The notes beneath the pieces were generated by a model. That model did no database searches, was not told the DNA's origin, and was given only the letters and a program-made list of their open reading frames with translations. A program made the position numbers and the translations under genes. From the NCBI GenBank assembly GCA_963771355.1, contig CAVYTA010000007.1, positions 512,001 through 576,000 on the forward strand: 64,000 nucleotides of DNA, in the 5' to 3' direction. Numbering within the stretch: position 1 is the stretch's first letter; every line of letters starts with the position of its first letter. Below, one piece after another: positions 19,300-28,012 of this stretch. Origin of the DNA: an uncultured Candidatus Rokubacteria bacterium (lineage in GTDB: Bacteria > Methylomirabilota > Methylomirabilia > Rokubacteriales > CSP1-6).

Positions 19300-22200
19300 T
19301 CAGGAGCAGCCAGTGGTGGTGCCGCAAGTCACGCACTTGAGACAGGTGCCGTTGCGCACCATGGTGAACTGGCCGCAGTCTCCGCACGGATCCCCCTCGT
19401 AGCCCTTGAGCTTCGCGATCTCGGAGGCCGAGAGGGCGCGCGTCTCCACCACCGCGCCGCTGCCGCCGGACAAGGGCACCGCCGCGCGGGCGGTATGGAT
19501 CGGCTCGCCCAGGGGCAGAACGGCGGCCGTGGTGACGGGGATCATCGCCACCGGGCCCTGCCCGATCTTGGTGCCAATGGTATCGCTGCGGAGATCCTCG
19601 TCCGGCACATGGGAGAGGTCGGTGCGGCCGAGATAGGTGATGGCCAGCTCGCGGAAGACGTAGTCGATCACGGACGTCGCCATCTTGATCCGGTCATTGC
19701 CGATGACCATCCCGTTGGGCTCGAAGCGCGTGAACACGAAGGCGTCCACGAACTCGTCGAGGGGCACGCCGTGCTGGAGGCCCAGAGAGATGGCGATGGC
19801 GAAGCAGTTCATGAGGCTGCGGAAGGCGGCGCCTTCCTTGTGCATGTCGAGGAAGATCTCGCCCAGCGAGCCGTCCTCGTAGTTCCCCGTGCGGAGATAG
19901 ACCTTGTGGCCGCCCACCACCGCCTTCTGGGTGTAGCCGGCGCGCCGGTCGGGCAGCCGGTGCCGCTCGCGGATGTACTTGGTGATCACCTTCTCCGTCA
20001 TCTTCTCCGCCACCGCCTCCACGTCGGCGGCCGCGGCGGCCTCCGCGTCGGTGGTGGAGTTGAGCGGCTGGGAGAGCTTGGAGCCGTCGCGGTACAGCGC
20101 CACCGCCTTGAGCATGCTCCGCCACGAGGTGTGATAGGCCTGCTTGACGTCTTCGATGGTGGCGTCCGCGGGCATGTTGATGGTCTTGCTGATGGCGCCG
20201 GACAGGAAGGGCTGGGCCGCCGCCATCATCCGGATATGAGCGTCCACCGCGATGAAGCGCTGCCCCTTCTTGCCACAGCGGTTGGCGCAGTCGAAGACGG
20301 GGAGGTGCTCGCTCCGGAGATGCGGGGCGCCTTCCACCGTCATGGTCCCGCAGACATAGTCGCTGGCGGCCTCGATCTCTGCCGCGGTGAACCCGAGCGC
20401 GCGCAGCAGATTGCCATTCCACTCCGCCAGGCGGGCCTCGTTGATGCCGAGCCGCTGCTGCACGTAGCCATCGCCCAGCGTCCAGGCATTGAAGGCGAAG
20501 GTGAGGTCGAAGGCGCCCTCCAGCTCGTCCTCCACCCGGGCCAGCCCCTCCTCGTCGAAGCCCTTGGCGCGCAGGGACTGGGGATTGATGTGCGGCGCCC
20601 CGCGCAGCGTCTTGTGTCCCACGCAGTAGGCCACGATGTCGTCGATGGTGTGGGCGCCGTAGCCCAGCGCGCGCAACGCCAGCGGGATGCTCTGGTTGAT
20701 GATCTTGAAATAGCCGCCGCCGGCGAGCTTCTTGAACTTCACCAGGGCGAAGTCCGGCTCGATCCCGGTGGTGTCGCAGTCCATCACCAGCCCGATGGTG
20801 CCGGTGGGCGCGAGCACGGTGACCTGGGCGTTCCGGTACCCGTAGCTCTCGCCGAGGGTGAGGGCCCGATCCCATGTCTCGCGCGCCGCCTGCACCAGGC
20901 CGCTCGGGCAATGCGAGGGGTCGATGCCCAGGGGCTTGATGGTGAGGCCCTCGTACACCGAGGGCGCCGCATGGTAGGCGGCCCGGCGGTGGTTGCGCAT
21001 CACCCGCAGCATGGCCTCGCGGTTCCGGGCATAGCCGGGGAAGGGGCCCAGGTCCTTGGCGATCTCCGCCGAGGTCGCGTACGCCTCGCCGTGCATGATC
21101 GCGGTGATCGCCCCGCAGATGTTCACCGCCTCGGGCGAGTCGTAGGGGATGCCCTGACGCATCAGCACCGTGCCCATGTTCGCGTAGCCGAGGCCGAGCG
21201 TGCGGTAGTGCCAGCTCCGCTCGGCGATGGGCGGGCTCGGGTAGGCCCCCATGAGCACGCTGATCTCGAGCACCAGCGTCCAGAGCCGGCAGGCGTGCCG
21301 ATAGCCCTCCACGTCGAAGGTGCCGTCGGACCGCAGGAACTTGACGAGGTTGATCGAGGCCAGGTTGCAGGCGGTGTCGTCCAGGAACATATATTCAGAA
21401 CACGGATTCGAGGCGTTGATGCGCCCGTCCTCGGGGCAGGTATGCCACTCGTTGATGGTGGTGTCGTACTGCACGCCGGGATCCGCGCACGCCCACGCCG
21501 CGTAGGCGATCTCGTTCCAGAGATCCTCGGCGGGCACGCGCTTGGACACTTGCTTGTCGGTGCGGCGGCGCAGCTCCCACTCCCCCCCGCGCTCGAGCAC
21601 GTCGAAGAAGCCGTTGGGCACGCGGATGCTGTTGTTGGAGTTCTGGCCGGCGACGGTGAGATAGGCGTCGCTGTCCCAGTCGGTGTCGTACTCGGGGAAG
21701 ATGAGCTCGGTGATGCCCTGGGCCGCGAGCTGCACCGCCCGCTGGATATACCCCTCGGGCACCATGGCCGCGCGGGCCTCGCGGAGCGCCGCCCGGAGGG
21801 CCGCGTTCCGCTTGGGATCGGCGTCGATGTGGGTCGGGTCGAGCTTGTCGGGCCGGCACGCCGCCATCACTGCCTGGAGCCGGCGCTTGCCCAGGCGCGA
21901 GCCCGCCACCAGCGCGGCGACCTTCTGCTCCTCGACGACCTTCCAGCGGATGAAGTCCAGCACGTCCGGGTGGTCGAGGTCGAGGCAGACCATCTTGGCG
22001 GCCCGTCGGGTCGTGCCGCCCGACTTGATGGCGCCGGCCGCCCGATCGCCGATCTTGAGGAAGGACATCAGTCCGGAGGACTTGCCGCCGCCGGACAGGG
22101 GCTCATTCTCGCCGCGAAGCTGGGAGAAGTTGGATCCCGTGCCGGAGCCGTACTTGAAGATGCGCGCCTCGCGCGTCCAGAGGTCCATGATCCCGCCTTC

Positions 22201-22782
22201 ATTGACGAGATCGTCCCTCACGGACTGGATGAAGCAGGCGCTGGGCTGGGGCCGCTCGTAGGCCGAGGTCGCCCGGGTGAGGGCGCCCGTGGCCGGCTCG
22301 ACGTAGAAGTGGCCCTGCGCCGGGCCGGTGAGGCCATACGCCCAGTGCAGGCCCGTATTGAACCACTGGGGCGAGTTCGGCGCCGCCACCTGCGCCGCGA
22401 GCATGTGGCAGAGCTCATCGTAGAACGCGCGGGCGTCGGCAGGTCCGTCGAAGTAACCGTGGCGCTCGCCCCAGTGCGTCCACGTGCCGGCGAGCCGGTG
22501 GAAGACTTGCCGGGCGTCCCGCTCGCCGCCGATCAGGGGACGGCCCGCGTTGTCGAGGAGCGGCTTGCCGTCGTTGTCGACCTGCGGCACCCCCGCCTTC
22601 CGGAAATATTTTTGCGCGAGGATGTCGGTCGCGACGGCCGACCACGCGGAGGGCACCGCGATGCCGTCCTGACGGAAGACCGTCGAGCCGTCCGGGTTCT
22701 TGATCTCCGAGGTTCGGCGATCGAAGTCGATCCCGTGATAGGGGCTCTGGCCTTCAGTCGTGTATCGGCGGGGGATCTTCAT
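19300..22782 (-). CDS. nrdJ: Adenosylcobalamin-dependent (class II) ribonucleotide reductase with TSCPD domain and C-terminal Zn ribbon
   Basis: [47 protein letters not shown] and terminal CGDC...CVTCG...GCS. Confidence 0.96.
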   Translation of the reverse strand: MKIPRRYTTEGQSPYHGIDFDRRTSEIKNPDGSTVFRQDGIAVPSAWSAVATDILAQKYFRKAGVPQVDNDGKPLLDNAGRPLIGGERDARQVFHRLAGTWTHWGERHGYFDGPADARAFYDELCHMLAAQVAAPNSPQWFNTGLHWAYGLTGPAQGHFYVEPATGALTRATSAYERPQPSACFIQSVRDDLVNEGGIMDLWTREARIFKYGSGTGSNFSQLRGENEPLSGGGKSSGLMSFLKIGDRAAGAIKSGGTTRRAAKMVCLDLDHPDVLDFIRWKVVEEQKVAALVAGSRLGKRRLQAVMAACRPDKLDPTHIDADPKRNAALRAALREARAAMVPEGYIQRAVQLAAQGITELIFPEYDTDWDSDAYLTVAGQNSNNSIRVPNGFFDVLERGGEWELRRRTDKQVSKRVPAEDLWNEIAYAAWACADPGVQYDTTINEWHTCPEDGRINASNPCSEYMFLDDTACNLASINLVKFLRSDGTFDVEGYRHACRLWTLVLEISVLMGAYPSPPIAERSWHYRTLGLGYANMGTVLMRQGIPYDSPEAVNICGAITAIMHGEAYATSAEIAKDLGPFPGYARNREAMLRVMRNHRRAAYHAAPSVYEGLTIKPLGIDPSHCPSGLVQAARETWDRALTLGESYGYRNAQVTVLAPTGTIGLVMDCDTTGIEPDFALVKFKKLAGGGYFKIINQSIPLALRALGYGAHTIDDIVAYCVGHKTLRGAPHINPQSLRAKGFDEEGLARVEDELEGAFDLTFAFNAWTLGDGYVQQRLGINEARLAEWNGNLLRALGFTAAEIEAASDYVCGTMTVEGAPHLRSEHLPVFDCANRCGKKGQRFIAVDAHIRMMAAAQPFLSGAISKTINMPADATIEDVKQAYHTSWRSMLKAVALYRDGSKLSQPLNSTTDAEAAAAADVEAVAEKMTEKVITKYIRERHRLPDRRAGYTQKAVVGGHKVYLRTGNYEDGSLGEIFLDMHKEGAAFRSLMNCFAIAISLGLQHGVPLDEFVDAFVFTRFEPNGMVIGNDRIKMATSVIDYVFRELAITYLGRTDLSHVPDEDLRSDTIGTKIGQGPVAMIPVTTAAVLPLGEPIHTARAAVPLSGGSGAVVETRALSASEIAKLKGYEGDPCGDCGQFTMVRNGTCLKCVTCGTTTGCS

Positions 22783-22855
22783 ACTGCCCTCCTCGAAGTG
22801 GTCTCAGCGCGTTACCGGATCGTGTCTAGAACGTTACGGGTCAAATTGGAACGAA

Positions 22856-22903
22856 CCCCAAGATATTGTGGTGGCTCGGACCAAGTCAACCTTTATTTAG
22901 TGC
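22856..22903. promoter_or_regulatory. Tandem NrdR boxes upstream of nrdJ
   Basis: CCCCAAGATATTGTGG (22856-22871) and AACCTTTATTTAGTGC (22888-22903) resemble the NrdR consensus acaCwAtATaTwGtg. They are 32 bp apart in an AT-rich patch 5' of nrdJ. Confidence 0.75.
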
Positions 22904-23051
22904 TTGTGCCCATCTTCCCAAACACGGTCGCGGTGGAAAGATGTGGATGGCGGTGGATATCGCAACGAGCGCTCGCGCCACGCGAGTTTCCGACGCGGAG
23001 CGCATGTGGATGAAGCGTAGAATCGTGTCCGGCCCGCACTGGGCATCGTCC

Positions 23052-23597
23052 ATGCATTGGCTCGTCGACGGCTACAATCTGATCCGCCGCGATCCCGCGC
23101 TCGCTTCGCGCGAGGCCGAGAGCCTCGAAGCGGGACGCGTCGCGCTATGCCGGCTGCTCGCGCAGGCCGCGCGAGTCTCCGGTGACCGCTTCACCGTGGT
23201 CTTCGATGGACGCGGCGCGGGCGGGAGCGGCACCGGCGTCGCGGGCGTGGGAGTGGTGTTCTCCAGTGCGCGTGAGACCGCCGATCGCGTGCTCGCGCGC
23301 CTCGCCGTGGGCGGGGGCGCGGTGGTGTCCAACGATCGCGAGGTGCGCCGTGCCGCCGCGCGTGCGGGCGCCATCTCGGTGACGGCCGACGAGTTCCTCG
23401 CACGGCTGAGGACCGGCGCTGCGTCAGGGACGACACCGGCTGCGGACGGCGTCGGTGCTCAGGATCTCCCGTATGAGAAGGATGAGGATGAGGGGACGGA
23501 ACGCCGGGGACCGCGCAAGGGCAATCCCCGTCGCCTTCCTCGGAAGCAACGCGCCGCGTCGCGCGCGCTCGATCGGCTAAGGCCTCCGAAGCATTGA
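23052..23597 (+). CDS. NYN/PIN-like domain protein (YacP/Rae1-like)
   Basis: WLVDGYNL, VVFDG, ETAD and VVSNDRE acidic motifs; basic tail KGNPRRLPRKQR. Confidence 0.82.
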   Translation: MHWLVDGYNLIRRDPALASREAESLEAGRVALCRLLAQAARVSGDRFTVVFDGRGAGGSGTGVAGVGVVFSSARETADRVLARLAVGGGAVVSNDREVRRAAARAGAISVTADEFLARLRTGAASGTTPAADGVGAQDLPYEKDEDEGTERRGPRKGNPRRLPRKQRAASRALDRLRPPKH

Positions 23598-23633
23598 CCG
23601 AATCACTCGGACCACGATCAACAGGAGACTCCC

Positions 23634-24515
23634 ATGAACGTCGGCTTCGTCGGCACCGGAAACATGGGTCGCCCCATGGCGGCGAACATCCTCAAGGCCG
23701 GCCACCAGATGACGGTGTTCGACCTCAGCCCCGCGGCCACCGCGCCGCTGGAGCGATCGGGCGCCACGCGCGCCGCCGACCTGCCTGCGCTCGCGCGGGC
23801 CGTGCGCGTGACCATGCTGAGCCTGCCCGATGCGCGGGCGGTGGAGGCCGCGCTCTTCGGGTCGCCGGCCGCGCCCGGGCTCATGGCCGGAGCCCGAAGC
23901 GGCGATTTCTTCTTCGATCTCTCCACCGTGGGGCCCGAGAGCACGCGGAGCCTGGCCGCCCGCGCGGCGTCGCAAGGGGTGCGCGTCGTGGACGCGCCGG
24001 TGAGCGGCAGCGTGAGCGGGGCCGAGGCAGGCACGCTGGCCGTGATGATCGGGGCGCCCGAGGGGGACGTGAAGCCCTTCGAGGGCATCCTCCGCGCCAT
24101 CGGGAAGAACCTCTTCTTCCTGGGCGAGGTGGGGAAGGGCAATATCCTCAAGCTCCTCAACAATTACGTTGCGCTGACGAATCAGGCCGCGCTCTGCGAA
24201 GCGATGGCGCTGGCCGACCGGCTCGGGGTGCCGCGGCAGACCGTGGGCGACGTGGTGGGCAAGAGCTCGGGCGCCAGCTTCATCCTCGAGCGGAAGCTGG
24301 CCGCGCTGGTCCAGCATGACTATCGGGCGGGTTTCTTCGTGGATCTGGCGCGCAAGGATCTGGGACTCGGGCTCGAGCTGGCCAAGGAGGTCAAAGGGGA
24401 GAGCGTGGTGGGCCGAGCCGCGTGGGAGCTTTACGGCCGCGCGAGCGAGGCGGGGTTCGGCCGGCTGGACAGCTCGGGCCTGCTGGGTCTCCTGGAACCC
24501 CGGGCTACTGCCTGA
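23634..24515 (+). CDS. NAD(P)-dependent oxidoreductase, 3-hydroxyisobutyrate dehydrogenase family
   Basis: GFVGTGNMGRPMA, DLSTV, DAPVSG, KLLNN and KDL motifs; RBS AGGAGA. Confidence 0.92.
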   Translation: MNVGFVGTGNMGRPMAANILKAGHQMTVFDLSPAATAPLERSGATRAADLPALARAVRVTMLSLPDARAVEAALFGSPAAPGLMAGARSGDFFFDLSTVGPESTRSLAARAASQGVRVVDAPVSGSVSGAEAGTLAVMIGAPEGDVKPFEGILRAIGKNLFFLGEVGKGNILKLLNNYVALTNQAALCEAMALADRLGVPRQTVGDVVGKSSGASFILERKLAALVQHDYRAGFFVDLARKDLGLGLELAKEVKGESVVGRAAWELYGRASEAGFGRLDSSGLLGLLEPRATA

Positions 24516-25521
24516 TCTGTCGCGCCCGGCGCTGGAGGTAGCCGTTGCGCACCGAGGTATAGAGGTCGACCGTGCTCTCCTCGACGCCCTCGAACAGCTC
24601 GAGGTTGAGCGACCGTTCGTTGATCATGTTGCCGATCCGCATCAAGAGGCGATCCCAGATGAAGGGGATGTAGTAGGCAAGCGGATCCATGGCCCCGTCC
24701 ACGGCGATGCCAATGCCGTCGCGGACGGTCGTCGGGGCCATGAACGGCAAGACCAGAAAGGGGCCGGGTCCGAGGCCCCAGGTGCCGAGCGTCTGCCCGA
24801 AGTCTTCCCGGCTGGGCTCGATGCCCCATTCCTGCTTGGCCATGTCCCAGAGCCCGCCGATGCCCACCGTGGAGTTGATGAGGAAGCGTGCCAGCTCGCG
24901 CCCGGCGCCCGACCACTTGCCCTGGAGCACGCTGTTCACGAACCGCGGGACGAAGTTGATGTTGGTGAAGCCGCGGTCCACCATCTTCTGCAGCTCGTCC
25001 GGCATGACGAAGTTGTAGGCCTTGGCGATGGGCTTGAGCACGTACTTGTCCACGCGATAGTTGAACGCGAACATCTTCTCGTTGAAGGGCTCCCAGGGGT
25101 CGTACTCCTCCAGCGGCGGCTCCAGCGGTGGTCCTTCCGAGCGGTCGGACTGAGCCGGTCGGTCGGTCTGAGCCTGGGCGAAGGACATCGACTCGGCCAG
25201 GGCGAGGAGTCCCGGCGCCATCTCGGCCTCGGTGATCGGTTCGACGGTCAGCGACGTGTCGGCGGCCTGCGCCACTGCCTCCGTCGAATCGGCGGTCAGC
25301 TCGTCGGCGACGACGGCCGTAGCCTTCTCGGTCTCGGCCGCCGTCGACACGGACACGAGGTCGCCAGGCGCAGCGGTGGGCATCTCGGCGGCCACCGTCG
25401 CCGGCAGGGTGGGCGCGGCCAGCGCCAGGCGTTCCCCGCGCGGCGAGCCATGAAAGGTACCGCAGCCGGCCAGCGTGAGCGCGGCCAGCACGAAGCCCAG
25501 GGCCTGGATTTTCGGACGCAA
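24505..25521 (-). CDS. mlaA: MlaA/VacJ family lipoprotein with acidic low-complexity N-terminal linker
   Basis: Lipobox LAGC; DPWEPFN, RFLINSTVGIGGLWD, EDFGQTLG, GPFLVLP and Y..VRNGYLQRR. TTG start at 25521 follows GGAGGG. Confidence 0.9.
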   Translation of the reverse strand: MRPKIQALGFVLAALTLAGCGTFHGSPRGERLALAAPTLPATVAAEMPTAAPGDLVSVSTAAETEKATAVVADELTADSTEAVAQAADTSLTVEPITEAEMAPGLLALAESMSFAQAQTDRPAQSDRSEGPPLEPPLEEYDPWEPFNEKMFAFNYRVDKYVLKPIAKAYNFVMPDELQKMVDRGFTNINFVPRFVNSVLQGKWSGAGRELARFLINSTVGIGGLWDMAKQEWGIEPSREDFGQTLGTWGLGPGPFLVLPFMAPTTVRDGIGIAVDGAMDPLAYYIPFIWDRLLMRIGNMINERSLNLELFEGVEESTVDLYTSVRNGYLQRRARQIRQ

Positions 25522-25773
25522 CGTGGCTCTCCCTCCGAGACCGGCGGTTGACACTCCGGCGAGAGTAGCCTGAATCCCGCCCGACTGCTACCTTCTCCGC
25601 CCATCTTCCGAGGGGCGCCACCGAGGTCCTACCCGGACACCGCGCGCGATCCCCGCCCCGATCTCACTGACAAGGCACGGCTTTTCGGTCCCGGACTCGC
25701 CACCTGACCAACGGCCCCTCCCGCCGCGGCGTCAGAGCTTGTCAGACCGCGGGCGGGGAGCGCCGGGGGTGCG

Positions 25774-25802
25774 TTGACAGGTCTCGCGCCCGGGCGTAGG
25801 GT
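25774..25802 (+). promoter_or_regulatory. Sigma-70-type promoter for the FabH-like gene
   Basis: TTGACA-N17-TAGGGT, 28 nt upstream of the ATG at 25831. Confidence 0.55.
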
Positions 25803-25830
25803 GCGGCCAGAACTCCCCGGGAGGCCAGGC

Positions 25831-27687
25831 ATGAAGCCATTCGTCATCAACCGCTACGGCCGCATCGTCTTTCCCGAGAGCTTCTTCCCCGAGCTGGACT
25901 TCTCCGTGTTCGACACCCTCGAGCAATTTGCCGCGGTGATCAAGCGGGACTTCGAGGAGAAGGCGCCGAGCGAGACCGACATCGTGGCGCGCGTGGAGGC
26001 GCGAGAGTACGGCGGCCGCTACGAGCTGCTCCGTGACCTCGCCCTGAACCTCTTCTGGGTCAACCGCTATGCCATGACGATGTACGAGAAGCGCCCCACG
26101 CGGTGGCGCGACGTGGCCCGCCAGCGCGACGACGTGTTCCTCCCGGTGTTCAAGCCGTGGGACGGCTCCGAGCTCACCGCGGCCATCGAGACGGGCTACC
26201 GCTCGCTCAAGGCGTCCTGGGACGAGGGCACCGAGGACAAGATCTGCCGCATCCTGCTCGACGTGTTCCGCCACAAGAAGGGCGCGGGAGCGGAGCTGCC
26301 CGCCATCAAGCCCACCGTGGCCGAGCTCCTCGCCCGGCCGAAGGGCCTCACCTATCACCTCCTCGCCTTCGACCCGGACTATCCGGGCTATGGCCACGAC
26401 GACATCATCGAGTACGCGCATGCCGTCCCCGAGCTGGAGGCGGTGATGCGCCAGGCCATGGTCCTGCACAACCAGTACCGCTGGGACCGCGCGCGGACGC
26501 GCCTCACCGAGGTGGGCCAGCTCCACGACGACGACTACGTGGTGGTGTTCCACCCGCGCAACGAGGACGTGCTGCAGTTCATCCGGCGGGTGAAGTCCGG
26601 GCAGCGCGCCCGCCTCCGCCGGCCCGCGCCCGCCGAGTCGGTGCGGCCCATCGCGCCCTATCCGCCGGTGGTGGTGAGCAAGCGCTACAGCGTGCTGCCC
26701 CGCCTCGAGGCCCTGGCGGTGTACAAGGGGGAGCGCCCCTGCACCAACGAGGATCTCATCCGCAACGCGGCCTATTGCTGGTCCCCCATGAGCGCGGATG
26801 AAATCCTCAAGAAGACCGGCATCCAGCAGCGGGTGTACACCGAGCTGGATCTCGACCACATCGCGCTCCTCGCCGCGCGTCGCGCGCTGGAGAAGTCGGG
26901 GCGGCGGGCGGAGGAGATCGGCGCGGTGATCTTCTGCTCCTGCACGAGCGTGAAGATGATGCCGTCGCTGGCCACCTGGCTCTCCGGCCAGCTCGGCCTC
27001 TTCCAGACCCATGCCTCGGTGGACATGGTGGCCGCCTGCGCAGGACTGCCCTATGGACTCTCGGAGGCGGTGCGCCTGCTCCAGGAGGTCGAGCGCCCGG
27101 TGCTGGTGGTGTGCGGCGAGAAGTTCTCCGACAAGATCGGCACCGTGCGGACGTCCCGGATGATCTTCGGCGACGGCGCCGCCGCGCTGGTGCTCGCGCC
27201 CGCCCCACCCGGCGCCGCCAGCGACATCGAGGTCTACCAGACCTATGCCTCGGGGCCCATGGCGGAGGTGGACTCCATCATCTGGCCCAATCCGAGCTTC
27301 GACAACAACATCACCGTGTACGGCCCGGAGGTGCGCGCCCTGGTGAAGCGCTATCTCGGCCAGATGATCGACGAGATGCGCGAGCTGCCGAACACCGAGG
27401 GCGGCCCCGGCTCGCTGCTCGACGCGGTGGACCTCATCGTGCCGCACCAGGCCAACAAGGTGATGGTGGTCAATATCGCGAAGGCGGCGGGGGTCGCACC
27501 GGAGCGACTCTATTTCAACGTCGACTCGGTGGGGAATACCTCGTCGGCCAGCATTCCCATCGCCATCCACGACGCGGTGCGGGACGGCGTGATCAACCGG
27601 CCGATGCGGATCTTCGCCCCCGGATTCGGGGCGGGCGCGGTGGCGGGCTACGTGGTGATGCGCATCGACCCGGCGATCATGGCCTGA
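25831..27687 (+). CDS. 3-oxoacyl-ACP synthase III (FabH-like) protein with large N-terminal extension
   Basis: C-terminal half carries the Cys-His-Asn triad (AACAG, PHQAN, GNTSSAS) plus FGDGA and GFGAG. The roughly 280 aa N-terminal region has no motif I recognise. RBS GGAGG. Confidence 0.85.
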   Translation: MKPFVINRYGRIVFPESFFPELDFSVFDTLEQFAAVIKRDFEEKAPSETDIVARVEAREYGGRYELLRDLALNLFWVNRYAMTMYEKRPTRWRDVARQRDDVFLPVFKPWDGSELTAAIETGYRSLKASWDEGTEDKICRILLDVFRHKKGAGAELPAIKPTVAELLARPKGLTYHLLAFDPDYPGYGHDDIIEYAHAVPELEAVMRQAMVLHNQYRWDRARTRLTEVGQLHDDDYVVVFHPRNEDVLQFIRRVKSGQRARLRRPAPAESVRPIAPYPPVVVSKRYSVLPRLEALAVYKGERPCTNEDLIRNAAYCWSPMSADEILKKTGIQQRVYTELDLDHIALLAARRALEKSGRRAEEIGAVIFCSCTSVKMMPSLATWLSGQLGLFQTHASVDMVAACAGLPYGLSEAVRLLQEVERPVLVVCGEKFSDKIGTVRTSRMIFGDGAAALVLAPAPPGAASDIEVYQTYASGPMAEVDSIIWPNPSFDNNITVYGPEVRALVKRYLGQMIDEMRELPNTEGGPGSLLDAVDLIVPHQANKVMVVNIAKAAGVAPERLYFNVDSVGNTSSASIPIAIHDAVRDGVINRPMRIFAPGFGAGAVAGYVVMRIDPAIMA

Positions 27688-27757
27688 CCACCGGGCACGC
27701 CCTGACCGGCGCGCATGGCCTGAGAACGGCGCATGGCCTGACCGGCATGGCCTGACC
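27678..27757 (+). repeat. Five degenerate tandem copies of CATGGCCTGACC (spacing 18,18,18,14)
   Basis: Copies start at 27678, 27696 (CACGCCCTGACC), 27714 (CATGGCCTGAGA), 27732 and 27746. The first copy contains the last codons and stop of the FabH-like gene. Confidence 0.8.
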
Positions 27758-27950
27758 AGCTCGGGGGGAGGAGGGTCGGCTTCCGCCGGCCCTCCTGCCA
27801 ACCCCCTGGTCTAGGCGCCGCCTCAAGCGGCGCGTCCCCGACTAGCGTCGGGCTCTGCGTTTCGCAGTGGAGGGCGCCGCCTGCTTCGGCGCTCGCCGCG
27901 AAGGCGGGATCACCGAGCCGACGGCGCCACTGACGAGTCCGGTGGCGTAT
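27755..27950. repeat. Intergenic multi-hairpin (REP-like) element between convergent genes
   Basis: Consecutive stems: AGGAGGGTCGGC-ttcc-GCCGGCCCTCCT, GCGCCGC-ctcaa-GCGGCGC, CCCGAC-tagc-GTCGGG, CTGCG-ttt-CGCAG and GCGCCAC...GTGGCGT. Confidence 0.55.
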
Positions 27951-28012
27951 CCATCGTGAGCTCAGTTGGCGCCGCTCCCGTCCCCATGTCAAGGGGTCAC
28001 TGAGCAGATCGG

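Noticed and set aside
19495..23013. Very long antisense or alternate-frame ORFs (e.g. 19495-23013 +, 5387-7804 -, 25732-27801 -, 28283-30184 +, 58315-60081 -)
   Set aside because: They shadow well-supported genes, have no family motifs, and are expected from stop-codon scarcity and GC3 bias at about 70% GC.
19300..23050. Intein in NrdJ or cobalamin riboswitch upstream
   Set aside because: Length and motif order fit an uninterrupted NrdJ with TSCPD domain, with no C...HN intein ends or LAGLIDADG motifs. No B12-box was seen in the leader.
23052..23597. NYN/PIN protein as the toxin of a TA or defence system
   Set aside because: There is no adjacent antitoxin-like ORF or defence gene. It resembles stand-alone YacP-like proteins in a housekeeping context.
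27678..27757. Possible mini CRISPR array
   Set aside because: Repeats are 12 bp with 2-6 bp linkers, far below CRISPR dimensions, and there are no cas genes.
27925..27950. CTGACGAG resembling a hammerhead ribozyme core (CUGANGA)
   Set aside because: There is no downstream stem II followed by GAAA. The motif just sits in the loop of a simple hairpin.
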